The notes under the pieces were generated by a model that saw only the letters and a program-made list of their open reading frames with translations, was not told the origin of the DNA and did no database searches. From Balanoglossus misakiensis (Eukaryota; Animalia; Hemichordata): 64,000 bases of DNA. The position numbers and the translations under genes were made by a program. The stretch is taken from the NCBI GenBank assembly GCA_040954595.2, contig CM082584.2, positions 7,459,919 to 7,523,918 of the forward strand, given 5' to 3'. Below, piece by piece: positions 14,075 to 26,984 of the stretch. Within the stretch, counting starts at the first letter, position 1. Each line of letters starts with the position of its first letter.

Positions 14075-16321
14075 TCAATTGCTGGTCAGTGCAGCCAGCA
14101 ATCTTCGTTTCCCCGTGAAACCGAGCCGGGAGTGTTGAACGAGCATGTTGTCGAAGACAATGACGTCATTCTTCTGCATCTGGAAGCCGATGGAGACCTG
14201 CCAGATGACGTCACGCATGTGCTGGATGACGTCAGGTTCGATCTCGGCGCCGTCGCCGTAGGTCGTGTGATACGGGTAGCGCTTGTAGGGGCGATGTTTA
14301 TCATTGGCGGCGAACATTGGATGTTCTGTAAGGGTTGTGGCGTGGTGAACTGCCGCCTGGTTAAACCACAGCTCCTCGCCTATGGATGAGGTCAAAGGGA
14401 ATAAAATGGTTAAAAATTTTGCCAAATTGATGTGACTTTCAGTTTCGGTCTACCCTGCAGATGGTGAAAAACAATGGATTTGTAGCCCATATTTAGCAGT
14501 GTGCAAACTGCAGGTGGGATCACGTCATGTTACTTGCTGGAAGGTGCCGGGTTAAATAGAGTGTACTCACCTGTTGTGTGATGTTTGTGAAAGGCTGGCA
14601 GAACAAGTGAAAACGACAGTGACCCATCGTCGTGCCATTCAAAGCTATAACCCACTTTCTTCATGAACTTTTCCACCTCATTTCTGTCATTTGTCAAAAA
14701 TGTCTGTAGGTGAAAAAAGTACGAGGCAACATTTGAAAAATGATATTTTAATTAGAGAGATACATTTGATATCACTCCTGTGAAAATACAGATCATACCT
14801 AGCTGAAAACCAGTGTTCAAAGATACATTTTGATTGTAGAAAGAGAAAGAGAGAGGACTGTCTTGTCCAAACTGCGCGAAAGGTTTTTCACATGGAAAGA
14901 TGTCATCTGTGAGGATAGTGTTTCGTACATAAAGTGGGTGGTGGTAAAATATAACTGGAATGTACCTCTTGCCAACTTTTGTAGTCGCTCTTTTCCTTCG
15001 ATGGATAATAATTGTGGTACATCACTCCCCGCTTTCTGAACTTCTCAACAACCTTCGGGTCGAGATTTGAAAGAACTTCTCTCACCCCGGTGAGGCCGGT
15101 CTCTCCACCACAGCCAGGCTCTGGCGCGATGTCACAGTAGAAAAACAACTGTTAAAAGAACATCAAAACTGATATGAGTAAAACAAAAGACCTCTTTTAA
15201 TTGGCCGCATATGGGCGCTGTGGCATTAACGACCGATCTTCGTAATGTTCTGAGGGAACGTGTCGCGACCTGTTCCGCATTTTTTTTCTCAAGATGAAGA
15301 CAGCACCGGGTGAAGTGCGTGCAATTTCGATGTTTTTTATTTGTGCTGTATAGAGCGGCTTGTATTTTCTCATGATTCGAGCCCAGGCACACGCATGCGC
15401 ACAAAACTACATACACGCATACAAGTTAACAATGCCCCAAAGAAAGTCCTTGTCCTTTTATTCGTCCACTCTCACACTCGTGACTGCACGGCCACTGTTT
15501 GGAATGACCACGGCGAAAGGTCAACATATGAGCTCTTATTTACATTCAACTTTATTGTTGTTTCAAATTCTTGCAAAACAAGTGTCCCTTCAAGAATCAA
15601 AACAATAAAAGGCATATTTAAAGTCATAATTTTATACTAGTAACACATTGCCACCATGCAGGTGATGAGTTGAAAAAATGTGTCCAATTTCCAACAAAGC
15701 GTTGAACATTGCAGGTGGTGTTCATCACCCCCAAACAGCTACGGGTCTCACTATCCTAAACTAAATTAAAAGTTCCTTTACCTTGAGTGGGTAGACTTTC
15801 ATATATGACATTTCGTTGTGAGGTGGGATGGTGTAAGCGGGTACATCATCACTGGCCGTCAACACGCCTGTAGCTACTTTCTGGCGCACGGCGTTACCAC
15901 CTTCGTATCCCATTGTGGAGTAACCGAGACTCAGAATGAATTCCGAAAAACCTTCCACACCATGCACAGGCATTCCCCTGAACATGATGACCCCATACTC
16001 AACGAGTTTCTTCTCGATGATGTCTCGAACGGCCTTCGCCCATTCTGCAGCAGACCCAATATCTCCATTTTCCGCCTCGTAGAGCGCTGGAAAATTTGGC
16101 TTCGGGGATGCTATGAATTCAGGGAACTTGTTGTCAGGATTCAAGGCGCCTGGCACCCATTCGCGACCAGCGAGTCGAGCTGACCAGTCCGGGGGCACGT
16201 CCAACTTTTCCCGGTGAATGAACGATGGCTGCGCGTAGGCACTCGCAGCCTGCGAGAAATGTTTCAAGTTGCATCGTTGAAAAAACACCGGACGTGGCAA
16301 AACTCGAACTACTAGGAACAT
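14075..16321 (-). CDS. TauD/TfdA-family 2OG-Fe(II) dioxygenase (SyrP/DdaC-like), copy 1; exons 16321-15782, 15148-14966, 14703-14571, 14379-14075; 386 aa
   Basis: YGVIMFRG, PHNEMSY (His-x-Glu), [25 protein letters not shown] (distal His plus 2OG-binding Arg). GT-AG introns, open frame. Confidence 0.9.
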
Positions 16322-16931
16322 TTTCCGTCTGGTGTCTGGATGGACGTGTGATACCAGCGTGAATTGGCAAGGACCTGTTTTACACATCGACACGGGACTT
16401 TTAAACCGGTGACCTTCATAGCAAACAATGTCAGGTCACTCTGATCTCGTTCGCAGATTCTACCTGTCGTAGTTTGAAAGCGAACTCGAAATACTGGGAA
16501 CACTTGGCCGTGTCCTCCCTTGATGCAAAGTTAAAAATGGCGAATTTGATCAAAGCAGCTGCGTTCGGGGTAGGGTGGACTTGTCAGTGAGGGCTCCGAT
16601 GTCAGAGGTCTCTCTGAGCTCAGAGGTCATCTATAATATTAAGGTCATACCTCTCAACCTCAAAAGCAGACGTTCAGTCATTCAAGCAACGTACATTTAC
16701 GCGCTAAAAGGAAAAGAGACCTTAGTATCTTTTTATAGCGTCGCGCAGCCAGTAGTGCTGGGGAATGGGGCAGGGGACCAGAATACTGCTTTACAATGCA
16801 GGATTTCAAACCGACCAACCACCTTTGCCAACCAATTTCCATTGCACCACTCTCGTTATCTTCTCCATTCAGCATCTCCTGCAACTCATCGCTTTCTTTG
16901 TAAAGATATGTTAGTCGCATATATGTCACCC

Positions 16932-16997
16932 TAGCCCGGAGACACAGGCGTCGATCTAGTATTCCTTTTCCCCTACTACGCCTGTGTCTCCGGGCTA
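16932..16997. mobile_element. 66-bp miniature inverted-repeat element with 9-bp target-site duplication
   Basis: Perfect 20-bp inverted repeats TAGCCCGGAGACACAGGCGT / ACGCCTGTGTCTCCGGGCTA, flanked by ATGTCACCC on both sides. Absent from the paralogous block near 23311-23330. Confidence 0.88.
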
Positions 16998-17319
16998 ATG
17001 TCACCCCAAGCTCATCAACTTGCCAATCGTTTCAGAAAAAGGGTTGTAACAGTGTTATTTCATATTTCTATATTATAGAGAGTGATACATGACTGCAGGT
17101 TTTTTAATCTGAAATACACGCGGAATAAAATTCTCCAAAAGGCAACCCATACAATTCAGTAATTAATACTAAACCATACCCTGTATGTACCACGCAAGAA
17201 AGTGTCGGGTGAAGCTGCACTTGCTTGGGCTACTTGGCATTTCTCTTCATTTAGCTGTACTCTCAAGTGTCTGAACCCATCATTCTCAATACAGGGTATA
17301 CATTAAAAACAAAGATATT

Positions 17320-19244
17320 TCAATTGCTGGTCAGTGCAGCCAGCAATTTTCGTTTCCCAGTGAAACCGAGTCGGGAGTGTTGAACGAGCATGTTGTCGTA
17401 GACAATGACGTCGTTCTTCTGCAACTGGAAACCAACTGAGACCTGCCACGTCACATCGCGTATGTGCTGGATGACTTCAGGTTCAACCTCTGTGCCGTCG
17501 CCGTATAATGAGTGGAACGGGTAGCGCTTGTAGGGGCGATTGTCTTTGTCACTGGCGAACGTGGGATGTTCTGTAAGGGTTGTGGCGTGGTGATCGGCCA
17601 CGTGGTTAAACCACAGTTCCTCACCTAGATGAGATCATAGGGAAATCAATGAAATGACCCACATAACCAATGCTTGAGTTTTCCCATTGGAACTCTAACA
17701 TGGCCAGAACAGTCAGTGGTTCAAAGCATTCATTTATTCGTTCGTTCGTTCGTTCGTTCCTTCATTCATTCATTCATTCATTCATTCATTCATTCATTCA
17801 TTCATTCATTCATTCATTCATTCATTCATTCATTCATTCATTCATTCATTCATTCATTCATTCACAGTTCCTATCATTTTCAGTTTACTCTGCAGATGGT
17901 GAAACAAATGAATTTGTGGCCCATATTAAGCAGTGTGCAAACTGCAGGTGAGATCACGTCATGTGACTTACTCGAAGGTGCCGGGTTAAATAGAGTGTAC
18001 TCACCTGTTGTGTGATGCTTCTGAAACACTGGCAGAACGTGTGAATATGACAACGCCCCATCGTCATGCCACTCAAAGCTATAACCCAGTTTCTTCAAGT
18101 GCTTTTCCACATCACTTCTGTCCTTTGTGAAAAATGTCTGTCGGTGCATAAACACGAGGAAGATTTTGTATTTGGAAACTTGCAGTTAGTATCACGTGCC
18201 AAACGCAATGTATTTTATTTATCATATGCCAACATAAAAAAAGCCGTGTCCCTGTGGTATAAGAGAAGACTGTCGTGTCCAAACTGCGTGAAAAGTTCAG
18301 TTTTTCAGATGAAAATATATTATATAGTAAGTGATGGCAAAACTAACTAGAACGTACCTCTTGCCAACTTCTGTAATCACTCTTTTCCGTTGATGGATAA
18401 AAACTGTGGTACATCACTCCGACTTTTCGGAACTTCTCAACAACTTTTGGGTCGAGATTTGGAAGAACGTCTTTTACCCTGGTGAGGCCGGTCTCTCCAC
18501 CACAGCCAAGCTGGGGTGCGATGTCACAGTAGAAAAACAACTGCCAAAAATCAAGATCAAAAACGGATAATTCCGATAGTTGAAATTTGTGCTACATAAC
18601 GCGACTCGAATTTCCAACAAAGCTTTGAGGTCGGAAAATGATACGCGTTATTCATCACCTCCCCCCCCCCCCCTCCCCTAAATAGATACGCGCCTTACCT
18701 TAAGTGGGTAGACTTTCGAATATGACATTTCATTGTGAGGTTGGATGGTGTATGCGGGTAAATCATCACTTGCAGTAAACACTCCTTTAGCTAGTTTTTG
18801 TCGCACGGCGACCCCACCTTCGTATCCCATTGTGGAGTAACCGAGACTCAACAGGAATTCTGAAAACCCTTCCACACCATACACAGGCATTCCCCTAAAC
18901 AAGATGACCCCATACTCGACGAGCTTATTTTCGATGATTTCTCGAGCGGCCTTCGCCCATTCTGCAGCACACCCAACATCTCCATTTTCCGCCTCGTAGA
19001 GCGCTGGAAAATTTGGCTTCGGGGGTGCTATGAATTCAGGGTACTTGTTCTCGGGATTCGAGGCCCCTGGCACCCATTCGCGACCAGCGAGTCGAGCTGA
19101 CCAGTCCGGGGGAACGTCCAACTTTTCCCGCTGAATGAACGATGGCTGCCCGTGTGAAGCTCTTGCAACTCGAGAGAAAAGTTTGATGTTGCATCGCCGG
19201 GTAACCTCCACCGTTCGTGGCAAAACTCTGAGTACCGAAAACAT
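17320..19244 (-). CDS. TauD-family dioxygenase copy 2; exons 19244-18699, 18540-18358, 18137-18005, 17624-17320; 388 aa
   Basis: Same motifs ([17 protein letters not shown]) and the same 183/133-nt internal exons as copy 1; frame intact. Confidence 0.9.
17727..17864. repeat. (TCGT)n(TCAT)n microsatellite in intron 3 of dioxygenase copy 2
   Basis: Direct reading of the tetranucleotide run. Confidence 0.95.
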
Positions 19245-19460
19245 TTTCTGTTTGTCGACTGACCTTGTTCTTACGTCCTTGAAACGACGAGATTATTCTT
19301 CTTCCGCATAAATAAGATGAATATAAAGCAGGCACCCCATACGTACTACGTACTACGCTCTATTTAGGGACCGTTCAGTTTTTACGGCCGGGGGGCGGCG
19401 GCAAAATCCAGGGGGGGGGGGGTCACTTAAATCACAGACAAAGAGCTTAAATGGTGAAGT

Positions 19461-19657
19461 CCATTCTGCCGTAGACCCAACATCTCCATTTTCTGCCTCG
19501 TAGAGCGCTAGAAAATTTGGCTTCGGGGGTGCTATGAATTCAGGGTACTTGTTGTCAGGATTCAAGGCGCCTGGCACCCATTCTCGACCAGCGAGTCGAG
19601 CTGACCAGTCCGGGGGCACGTCCAACTTTTCCCGTTGAATGAACGATGGCTGCGCGT
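19461..19657 (-). pseudogene. Truncated exon-1 relic of an eighth dioxygenase copy
   Basis: Encodes [17 protein letters not shown]...GDVGSTAEW, then similarity stops. No presequence, no HNE motif, no downstream exons. Upstream 19818-19930 matches the copy-1 upstream region (~16599-16698). Confidence 0.85.
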
Positions 19658-20071
19658 TCTCACGTTCTGTCGATCGTTCAACTGGAACGGCTGATGCTGG
19701 TAACAATTTTCGCTGCTGTCTGGAAGCTAGCATTGACGTTATCTGCATGCACAATGTGTACTTTAAACAGGCCTAGTGACCTCTAGTGACCTTTCATGAT
19801 ACAGCCTGTGAGGTCTGCGATGTCAGAGCTGAGCTCAGAGGTCATCTAAGGTCATGTAGAGCTCTCTAAGGTTTCAATACCTCTCAACCTCAAAAGCAGA
19901 CGTTCAGTCATTCAAGCAATGTACATTTTACACGTTATAAGTTAAATCTTGCATAAAAACACCCATCCGATATAAATACAAACGAGAAATATTGTGTTTG
20001 ACGATATGTATTTGAGAAAAATACAAGGACGTCAGTTTAATGGTATGAATCCAATTCAGTAAGTTTGGAAC

Positions 20072-20314
20072 AGGCCACTTTCATGACCTTACATCCTTGT
20101 ACTTCCGTTGATATAGGGTTGTCAAAATTCAAGGTTTTGGTACATGTTATGTATACAATATTGCTTAAGAAAAGTTTCCTTGGTAATTCGGTACGTAATT
20201 CATTGACTACAGATGCAATTGTAGAGTTTTCGTAGAGTTTTTCATTAGACTGATGGATTCATTCTAACGGAAGTACGAGGATGTAAGGTCATGAGCGGGT
20301 CATGAAAATGGCCT
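20072..20314. mobile_element. ~245-bp MITE-like foldback element
   Basis: AGGCCACTTTCATGACCTTACATCCTTGTACTTCCGTT is inverted relative to AACGGAAGTACGAGGATGTAAGGTCATGA...CATGAAAATGGCCT. Confidence 0.7.
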
Positions 20315-20570
20315 AGTTCGCTTAACAAATGCGCCTAGAAAAATGCAACGTGTGTTAATTATATTGGCATGTTTTGACTAATGTTGTTAAAATAAGTGAT
20401 TTTTACTGTCTGCTAAGCAATACAAAATATACATAGAAACAGAAGTTGCTTCGGTAACTTTGTATGACTCCATTGTTTTTCTCTACTGTCAACCAAATGT
20501 CTGGGTCTAAGTACTAAGTACATTTTTTTGTATTCCCTATTCTCGTTACAACGTGGACACAAAAAGACAT

Positions 20571-22551
20571 TCAAGTGCTGGTCAATGCAGCCAGCAATTT
20601 TCGTTCCCCAGTGAAACCGAGCCGGGAGTGTTGAACGAGCATGTTGTCGAAGACAATGACGTCCCTCTTCTGCAACTGAAAACCAACCGACGCCTGCCAC
20701 AACACGTCGCGTATGTGCTGGATGACGTCAGGTTCGATCTCGGCGCCGTCGCCGTATGACGAGTGATACGGGTAGCGCTTGTAGGGGCGGTGTTTGTCGC
20801 TGGCGAACGAGGGATGTTCTCTGAGGGCCGTGGCGTGATGAAGTGTGGTGTGGTTAAACCATAACTCCTCGCCTGGAAGAGAGGGGAAAACGGAATGAAA
20901 TGTTTCACAAGCTTGTCAAATTGATTTGACTCATCCAACCAACGCTTGGGCTTTACAGTACAGGCAGTATATAAATCCCTCACACTCACAAGTTTCATTC
21001 ATTCATTCATTCATTCATTCATTCATTCATTCATTCATTCATTCATTCATTCATTCATTCATTCATTCATTCATTCACTCACTCACTCACTCACTCACTC
21101 ACTCACTCACTCACTCACTCACTCACTCACTCACTCACTCACTCACTCACTCACTCACTCACTCACTCACTCGTTCGCTCAGTCTGTGTGAAATCTGCAG
21201 TTGAATGATAGATCACTTCATATTACGTGCTGTTAAATAGAAAGATAGACGCACTAACCTGTTTTGTGATGTTTGTGAAACGCTGGCAGTAGGTGTGAAT
21301 ACGAAAGTGCCCCATCGTCGTGCCACTCAAAGTTATAATTCAGTCTCCTCATGTACTTCTCCACCTCACTTCTGTCGTCAGTGACAAATGCCTGTTGGTG
21401 CATAAATATGAAGCAGAGTGTAACAAATGTTATTTGAACGATATTTTAATTTGGAAGTTTGCATCAGAGGTATAACGCATTGATCTCATTCCTGTGAGAA
21501 AACATTTGAAAGCAAATTATTTCCGTTAATTTGAACGCAGATGGAAAAGACCAGCGTATGAAGTGCGTATGAAGTGCGTATGAAGTGCGTGGCGGGGAAA
21601 AAATAACTAGAAAGACACATCTGGACTTACCGCTTGCCAACTTTTGAAGTCACTCTTTTCCTGTGACGGAAGAAAGTTGTAGTACATCACTCCGAGTTTT
21701 CTGAACTTCTCAACAACCTTGGGGTCGAGATTTGGAAGAATGTCTTTCACCCTTGTGATGCCAGTCTCTCCACCACAGCCAGGCTGGGGTGCGATGTCAC
21801 AGTAGAAAAACACCTGCAATGTAAACATCAGAAGCCTATTAGCAAAATTGCCTATACTACAGTTTGAATTTATGGAAACGATCTAGCTTTGTTACTGCAA
21901 GTAAAAAACACCCACTTTAAAAGACCGTATCTGATTGTAACGCACGTGGACAACAGTTATTTTTTATCTTGAATGGGTAGTAATTCAAATACGACATTTA
22001 CTATTTACTACGGGTCCTACCTTAAAAGGGTAGACTTTCGAATATGACATTTCGTTGTGGGGTTGGATGGTGTATACGGCTGGTTCATCGCTGGCAGTGA
22101 ACACGCCTGTAGCTACTTTCTGTCGAACGCCAAGCCCACCTATGTATCCCATTGGAGAGTAACCAAGACTCAGTAAGAATTCTGAAAACCCTTCCCCACC
22201 ATCCACAGGCATCCCCCTAAACATGATGACCCCATACTCAACGAGCTTGTCTTCGATGATTTCCCGAGCTGCCTTCGCCCACTCTGCCGTAGACCCAACA
22301 TCTCCACTTTCCGCCTCGTAGAGCGCTGGAAAGTTTGGCTTCGGGGGTGCTATGAATTCAGGGAACTTGTTGTCAGGATTCGAAGCGCCTGGCACCCATT
22401 CGCGACCAGCGAGTCGAGCTGACCAGTCCGGTGGCACGTCCAACTTTTCCCGCTGAATGAACGAAGCTCTTGCAACTCGAGAGAAAAGTTTGATGTTGCA
22501 TCGCCGGGTAACCTCCACCGTTCGTGGCAAAACTCTGAGTACAGAGAACAT
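20571..22551 (-). CDS. TauD-family dioxygenase copy 3; exons 22551-22021, 21813-21631, 21391-21259, 20872-20571; 382 aa
   Basis: [21 protein letters not shown]; ends LTST-stop; consistent splice phases. Confidence 0.9.
20994..21172. repeat. Compound (TCAT)n(TCAC)n microsatellite in intron 3 of copy 3
   Basis: Direct reading. Confidence 0.95.
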
Positions 22552-23052
22552 TTTCTGTTTGTCGACTGACCTTGTTCTTACGTCCTTGAAACGACGAGGT
22601 TATTCTTCTTCCGCATGGATAACATGAATATAAAGCAGGCACCCCATACGTACGTAATACGCTCTATTTACATGATTTAAGTCATCACGATACATCACAT
22701 GTACCAACTATTGTCTCCTGCCAGTTGCAGTACGGTACTTTGTGAACTAGTCACGTCGCCGTAAAAATAATGTCGGTAGCCCATGAGTACATATATGCGA
22801 ATAAATCGACGCGAGGGGCCTGGGCCTACTTTCTACTTGTATTGTTATCAATAGGTACGTAACTTTAGAGCTGAACATTACAATCGGCGAAACACCCACA
22901 GCTGTGAATACTGTACAGCCTGATGAGTATTATACCTATTCGCCGCAACAGTGCTGCCAGCTTAGCTTTCGAGGAGATATTCTGGACCCTACAAAATTTC
23001 ATAGAGTGATATTTTGGGGCCAGCCTATACCATGTACTCCAACTGTTTTATT

Positions 23053-23184
23053 TAGTCTGGTCCCCTGCCCCATTCCTGTCGATGGCTGCGCCACGCCAAG
23101 CGCGCTAAAAGGAAAGAGACCCCTAGTATCCTTTTAGCGTCGCGCAGCCAGTAGTGCTGGGTAATGGGGCAGGGGACCAGAATA
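23053..23184. mobile_element. ~130-bp TAG-ended foldback element/MITE
   Basis: TAGTCTGGTCCCCTGCCCCATT / AATGGGGCAGGGGACCAGAATA (1 mismatch), an inner inverted pair TGGCTGCGCCACGC / GCGTCGCGCAGCCA, and CTGTTTTA repeated on both flanks. Confidence 0.75.
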
Positions 23185-23771
23185 CTGTTTTACAATGCAG
23201 GATTTCAAACCGACCAACCACCTTTGCCAAACAATTTCCATTGTCTCGTTATCTTCTCCATTCAGCATCTCCTGCAACTCATCGCTTTCTTTGTAAAGAT
23301 ATGTCAGTCGCACATGTATCACCCCAAGCTCATCAACTTGCCAATCGTTCCAGAAAAAGGGTTGTAACAGTGTTATTTCATATTGTATTATAGAGAGTGA
23401 TACATGTCTGCAGTTATTTTAATCTGAAATACACGCGGAATAATACTATACCATACCAATTCATGTTAAGAATTCAATGACAGCAAACATACAATCCGGA
23501 GATATTCGCTCAAGTAGTCTTCAGTCCAATCAATTTAAAGTCTCGGCTCTTCTGTTGTGTAACTTAAGTTATCTATGATGATCGTTATATTGCACGTGTA
23601 CCCTGTGTGTATCATCATGCAAGAAAGTGTCGCCGAAGCCCTCATGTAAGTGCTGCACTTACTTGGGTTACTTGGCATTTCTCAATGATTTACCTGTACT
23701 CTCAAGTGTCTGGATGTATGAACCTATCTTTCTCAATACAGGGTATATAGTACATTAAAACCAAAATTTTT

Positions 23772-25767
23772 TCAATTGCTGGTCAGTGCAGCCAGCAATT
23801 TTCGTTTCCCAGTGAAACCGAGTCGGGAGTGTTGAACGAGCATGTTGTCGTAGACAATGACGTCGTTCTTCTGCAACTGGAAACCAGCTGAGACCTGCCA
23901 CGTCACATCGCGTATGTGCTGGATGACTTCAAGTTCAACCTCTGTGCCGTCGCCGTATAATGAGTGGAACGGGTAGCGCTTGTAAGGGCGGTGTTTGTCA
24001 CTGGCGGCGAACATTGGATGTTCTGCAAGGGATGTGGCGTGGTGCTCTGTCACTTGGGTAAACCACAGCTCCTCACCTAGATGAGATCAAATGGAAATCA
24101 GTGAAAGGACCCACATAACCAATGCTTGAGTTTTCCCATTCAAACTCTAACATGGCCAGAAGTCAGTGGTTCTAAGCATTCATTTATTCGTTCGTTCGTT
24201 CGTTCGTCATCCATCCATCCATCCATCCATCCATCCATCCATCCATCCATCCATCCATCCATCCATCCATCCATCCATCTCCATCCATTCATTCATTCAT
24301 TCATTCATTCATTCATTCATTCATTCATTCATTCATTCATTCATTCATTCATTCATTCATTCATTCATTCATTCATTCATTTAGCAGTGTGTAAACTGCA
24401 TTTTTTTTAAATTCAGGTGAGATCACGTCATGTGACTTGCTGGAAGGTGCCGGGTTAAATAGAGTGTATATACTCACCTGTTGTGTGATGTTTGTGAAAC
24501 ACTGGCAGAACAAGTGTATACGACAACGCCCCATCGTCATGCCACTCAAAGCTATAACCCAGTTTCTTCAAGTGCTTTTCCACATCACTTCTGTCATTTG
24601 TGAAAAATGTCTGTCGGTGCATAAACACGAGGAAGATTTTGGATTTGGAAATTTGCATCAGATGTATAATGCATTAAGGTTCTGCGCAGGCGTGAGTTAG
24701 TATCACATGCCAAACGAAATGTATTTTATTTATCATATTCCAACAGGAAAGCGCCGGATTGTCATCTTTTTTTGGCCATTTTTGTGTCCCTGTGGTATAA
24801 GAGAAGATTGTCGTGTCCAAACTGCGTGAAAAGTGCAGTTTTTCAGATGGAAATATATATAATAGGAAGAGATGGCAAAACTAACTAGAACGTACCTCTT
24901 GCCAACTTCTATAATCACTCTTTTCCGTTGAAGGATAAAAATTGTGATACATGACTCCGAGTCTTCTGAACTTCTCAACTACCTTCGGGTCGAGATTTGG
25001 AAGAATGTCTTTTACCCTGGTGAGGCCGGTCTCTCCGCCACAGCCAGGCTCTGGCGCGATGTCACAGTAGAAAAACAACTGCCAAAAACAACATCAAAAA
25101 CGGATGAAGAGCGTATAATTCCGAGGGTTGAAATTAGTGCTACATAACGCGACAAAGCTTCGAGGTCAGACAATCTAGGCGTTGTTCATCACCCCCCCCC
25201 CCTCCCCTAAATAGATACGCGCCTTACCTTAAGTGGATAGACTTTCGAATACGACATTTCGTTGTGAGGTGGGATGGTGTATGCGGGTAAATCGTCACTT
25301 GCAGTAAACACTCCTCTAGCTAATTTTTGTCTCACGGAGATCCCACCTTCGTATCCCATTGTGGAGTAACCGAGATTCAGGATGAATTCCGAAAAACCTT
25401 CCACACCATGCACAGACATTCCCCTGAACAAGATGACCCCATACTCAACGAGCTTGTTTTCGATGATTTCTCGAGCGGCCTTCGCCCACTCTGCCGTAGA
25501 CCCAACACCTCCATTTTCTGCCTCGTAGAGCGCTGGAAAATTTGGCTTAGGGGGTGCTATGAATTCAGGGTACTTGTTCTCGGGATTCAGGGCGCCTGGC
25601 ACCCATTCGCGACCAGCGAGTCGAGCTGCCCAGTCCGGGGGAACGTCCAACTTTTCCCGCTGAATGAACGATGGCTGCGCGTAGGCATTCGCAACCTGCG
25701 AGAAAAGTTTCCCGTTGCATCGTTGGAAAACCACCAAACGTGGCAGAACTCGAAGTACCGAGAACAT
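23772..25767 (-). CDS. TauD-family dioxygenase copy 4; exons 25767-25228, 25078-24896, 24610-24478, 24076-23772; 386 aa
   Basis: [21 protein letters not shown]; frame intact. Confidence 0.9.
24177..24381. repeat. Compound (TCGT)n(TCCA)n(TCAT)n microsatellite in intron 3 of copy 4
   Basis: Direct reading. Confidence 0.95.
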
Positions 25768-26384
25768 TTCCGAATGTCGACTGGACGCTGACTTAAATAT
25801 GTTTTAACTTCAGTGACACGATGCGATGTGTGTCCTTCCTCATGAACAACACGTTTATAAAGAGGTGTCGAGTTAGCCCCAGTTAGTGTCGAAAAACAGG
25901 TCGAATCGAGATACATGTAATTTACATGCATTAATTTACATGCATTAGGTTCGCCAGAGTGCGACTGACACGAAGGACTAGCAATCTATCGTCAAAAGTT
26001 GTTTGACAACCATTGAAGGACAACTTGAAGGACACAATGCAACAAAATAGGGCGAGGGGCGTTGTGGCCACGCAAAAGGGTCATATAGGCCTATATACTA
26101 GTTAGTAGATCTCTGTGGTTTTCCTTTCCATGGGACCCATATGTACATTGTTCAGAGAGTTAAATATATATTATACAAGCATTACTCGACATTTTAAAAG
26201 AAAGGGTCTGCCAGGGAACCAATCAGGGTAAATTTAGTTCAGACCGGCGCATAAAATTAGGTCTATACTTAGACGCGTTATTTCCTCAATGTGAAATAAG
26301 TGAGTGCGCTACACTGCGTTCTCGCTGTATGTATCATTGAAAGACGGTGCTCGAAGACGAATTTATTACAAGAATGATACACTG

Positions 26385-26424
26385 TAATTAATTAATTAAT
26401 TAATTAATTAATTAATTAATTAAT
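26385..26424. repeat. (TTAA)n self-complementary microsatellite
   Basis: About 10 units of TAAT/TTAA. Confidence 0.9.
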
Positions 26425-26984
26425 GGACATTAATGTAATTTTGCGGTTATGTTCTGAAATGCGTTGACGTTCGACAACAACATTTCACCTTTAAACCCCT
26501 ATATGAGTAAGGTTGTTCATCCATATGGATAAGTTTTGTACTCGCAATTAGATAAAAAATAGTCCCTTTCTGAAAGTGGATTAAAACGAAAACGCCTCTC
26601 TCTTTTTTAAAATCCCCTTCGCCATCACGATCAATTTAAATATAACATTCATATATCAGAAAATGTTGTTGCCCCCAACATTAAACTGGTATTTCTCGGT
26701 CTTTTATGCAAATGAGAAAACGCAGTCCCTATCTACGGTGTAATTTGAATTCATAAAACCTCACGTCTATAGTGAGATATGGTGATAAATATTAATGAAA
26801 AACCAAGTTCAGAGATAATGTTTGCAACTGCTTTCTACCACCGGTTTTTCTGTTGAAAATTTCCGTTGAGTCACTGTAAGATCACATAGGAATGGAAACA
26901 ACAGAAAAGTTTCATTTTTATGATAAATTGGACGATTGAAACAAAAGCTCTACACGTCACAATGTGTACATTTAGATGATGTTT

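Noticed and set aside
17670-24410. HSFI/SLTH/HPSI repeat ORFs
   Set aside because: Translations of intronic tetranucleotide repeats on the non-coding strand.
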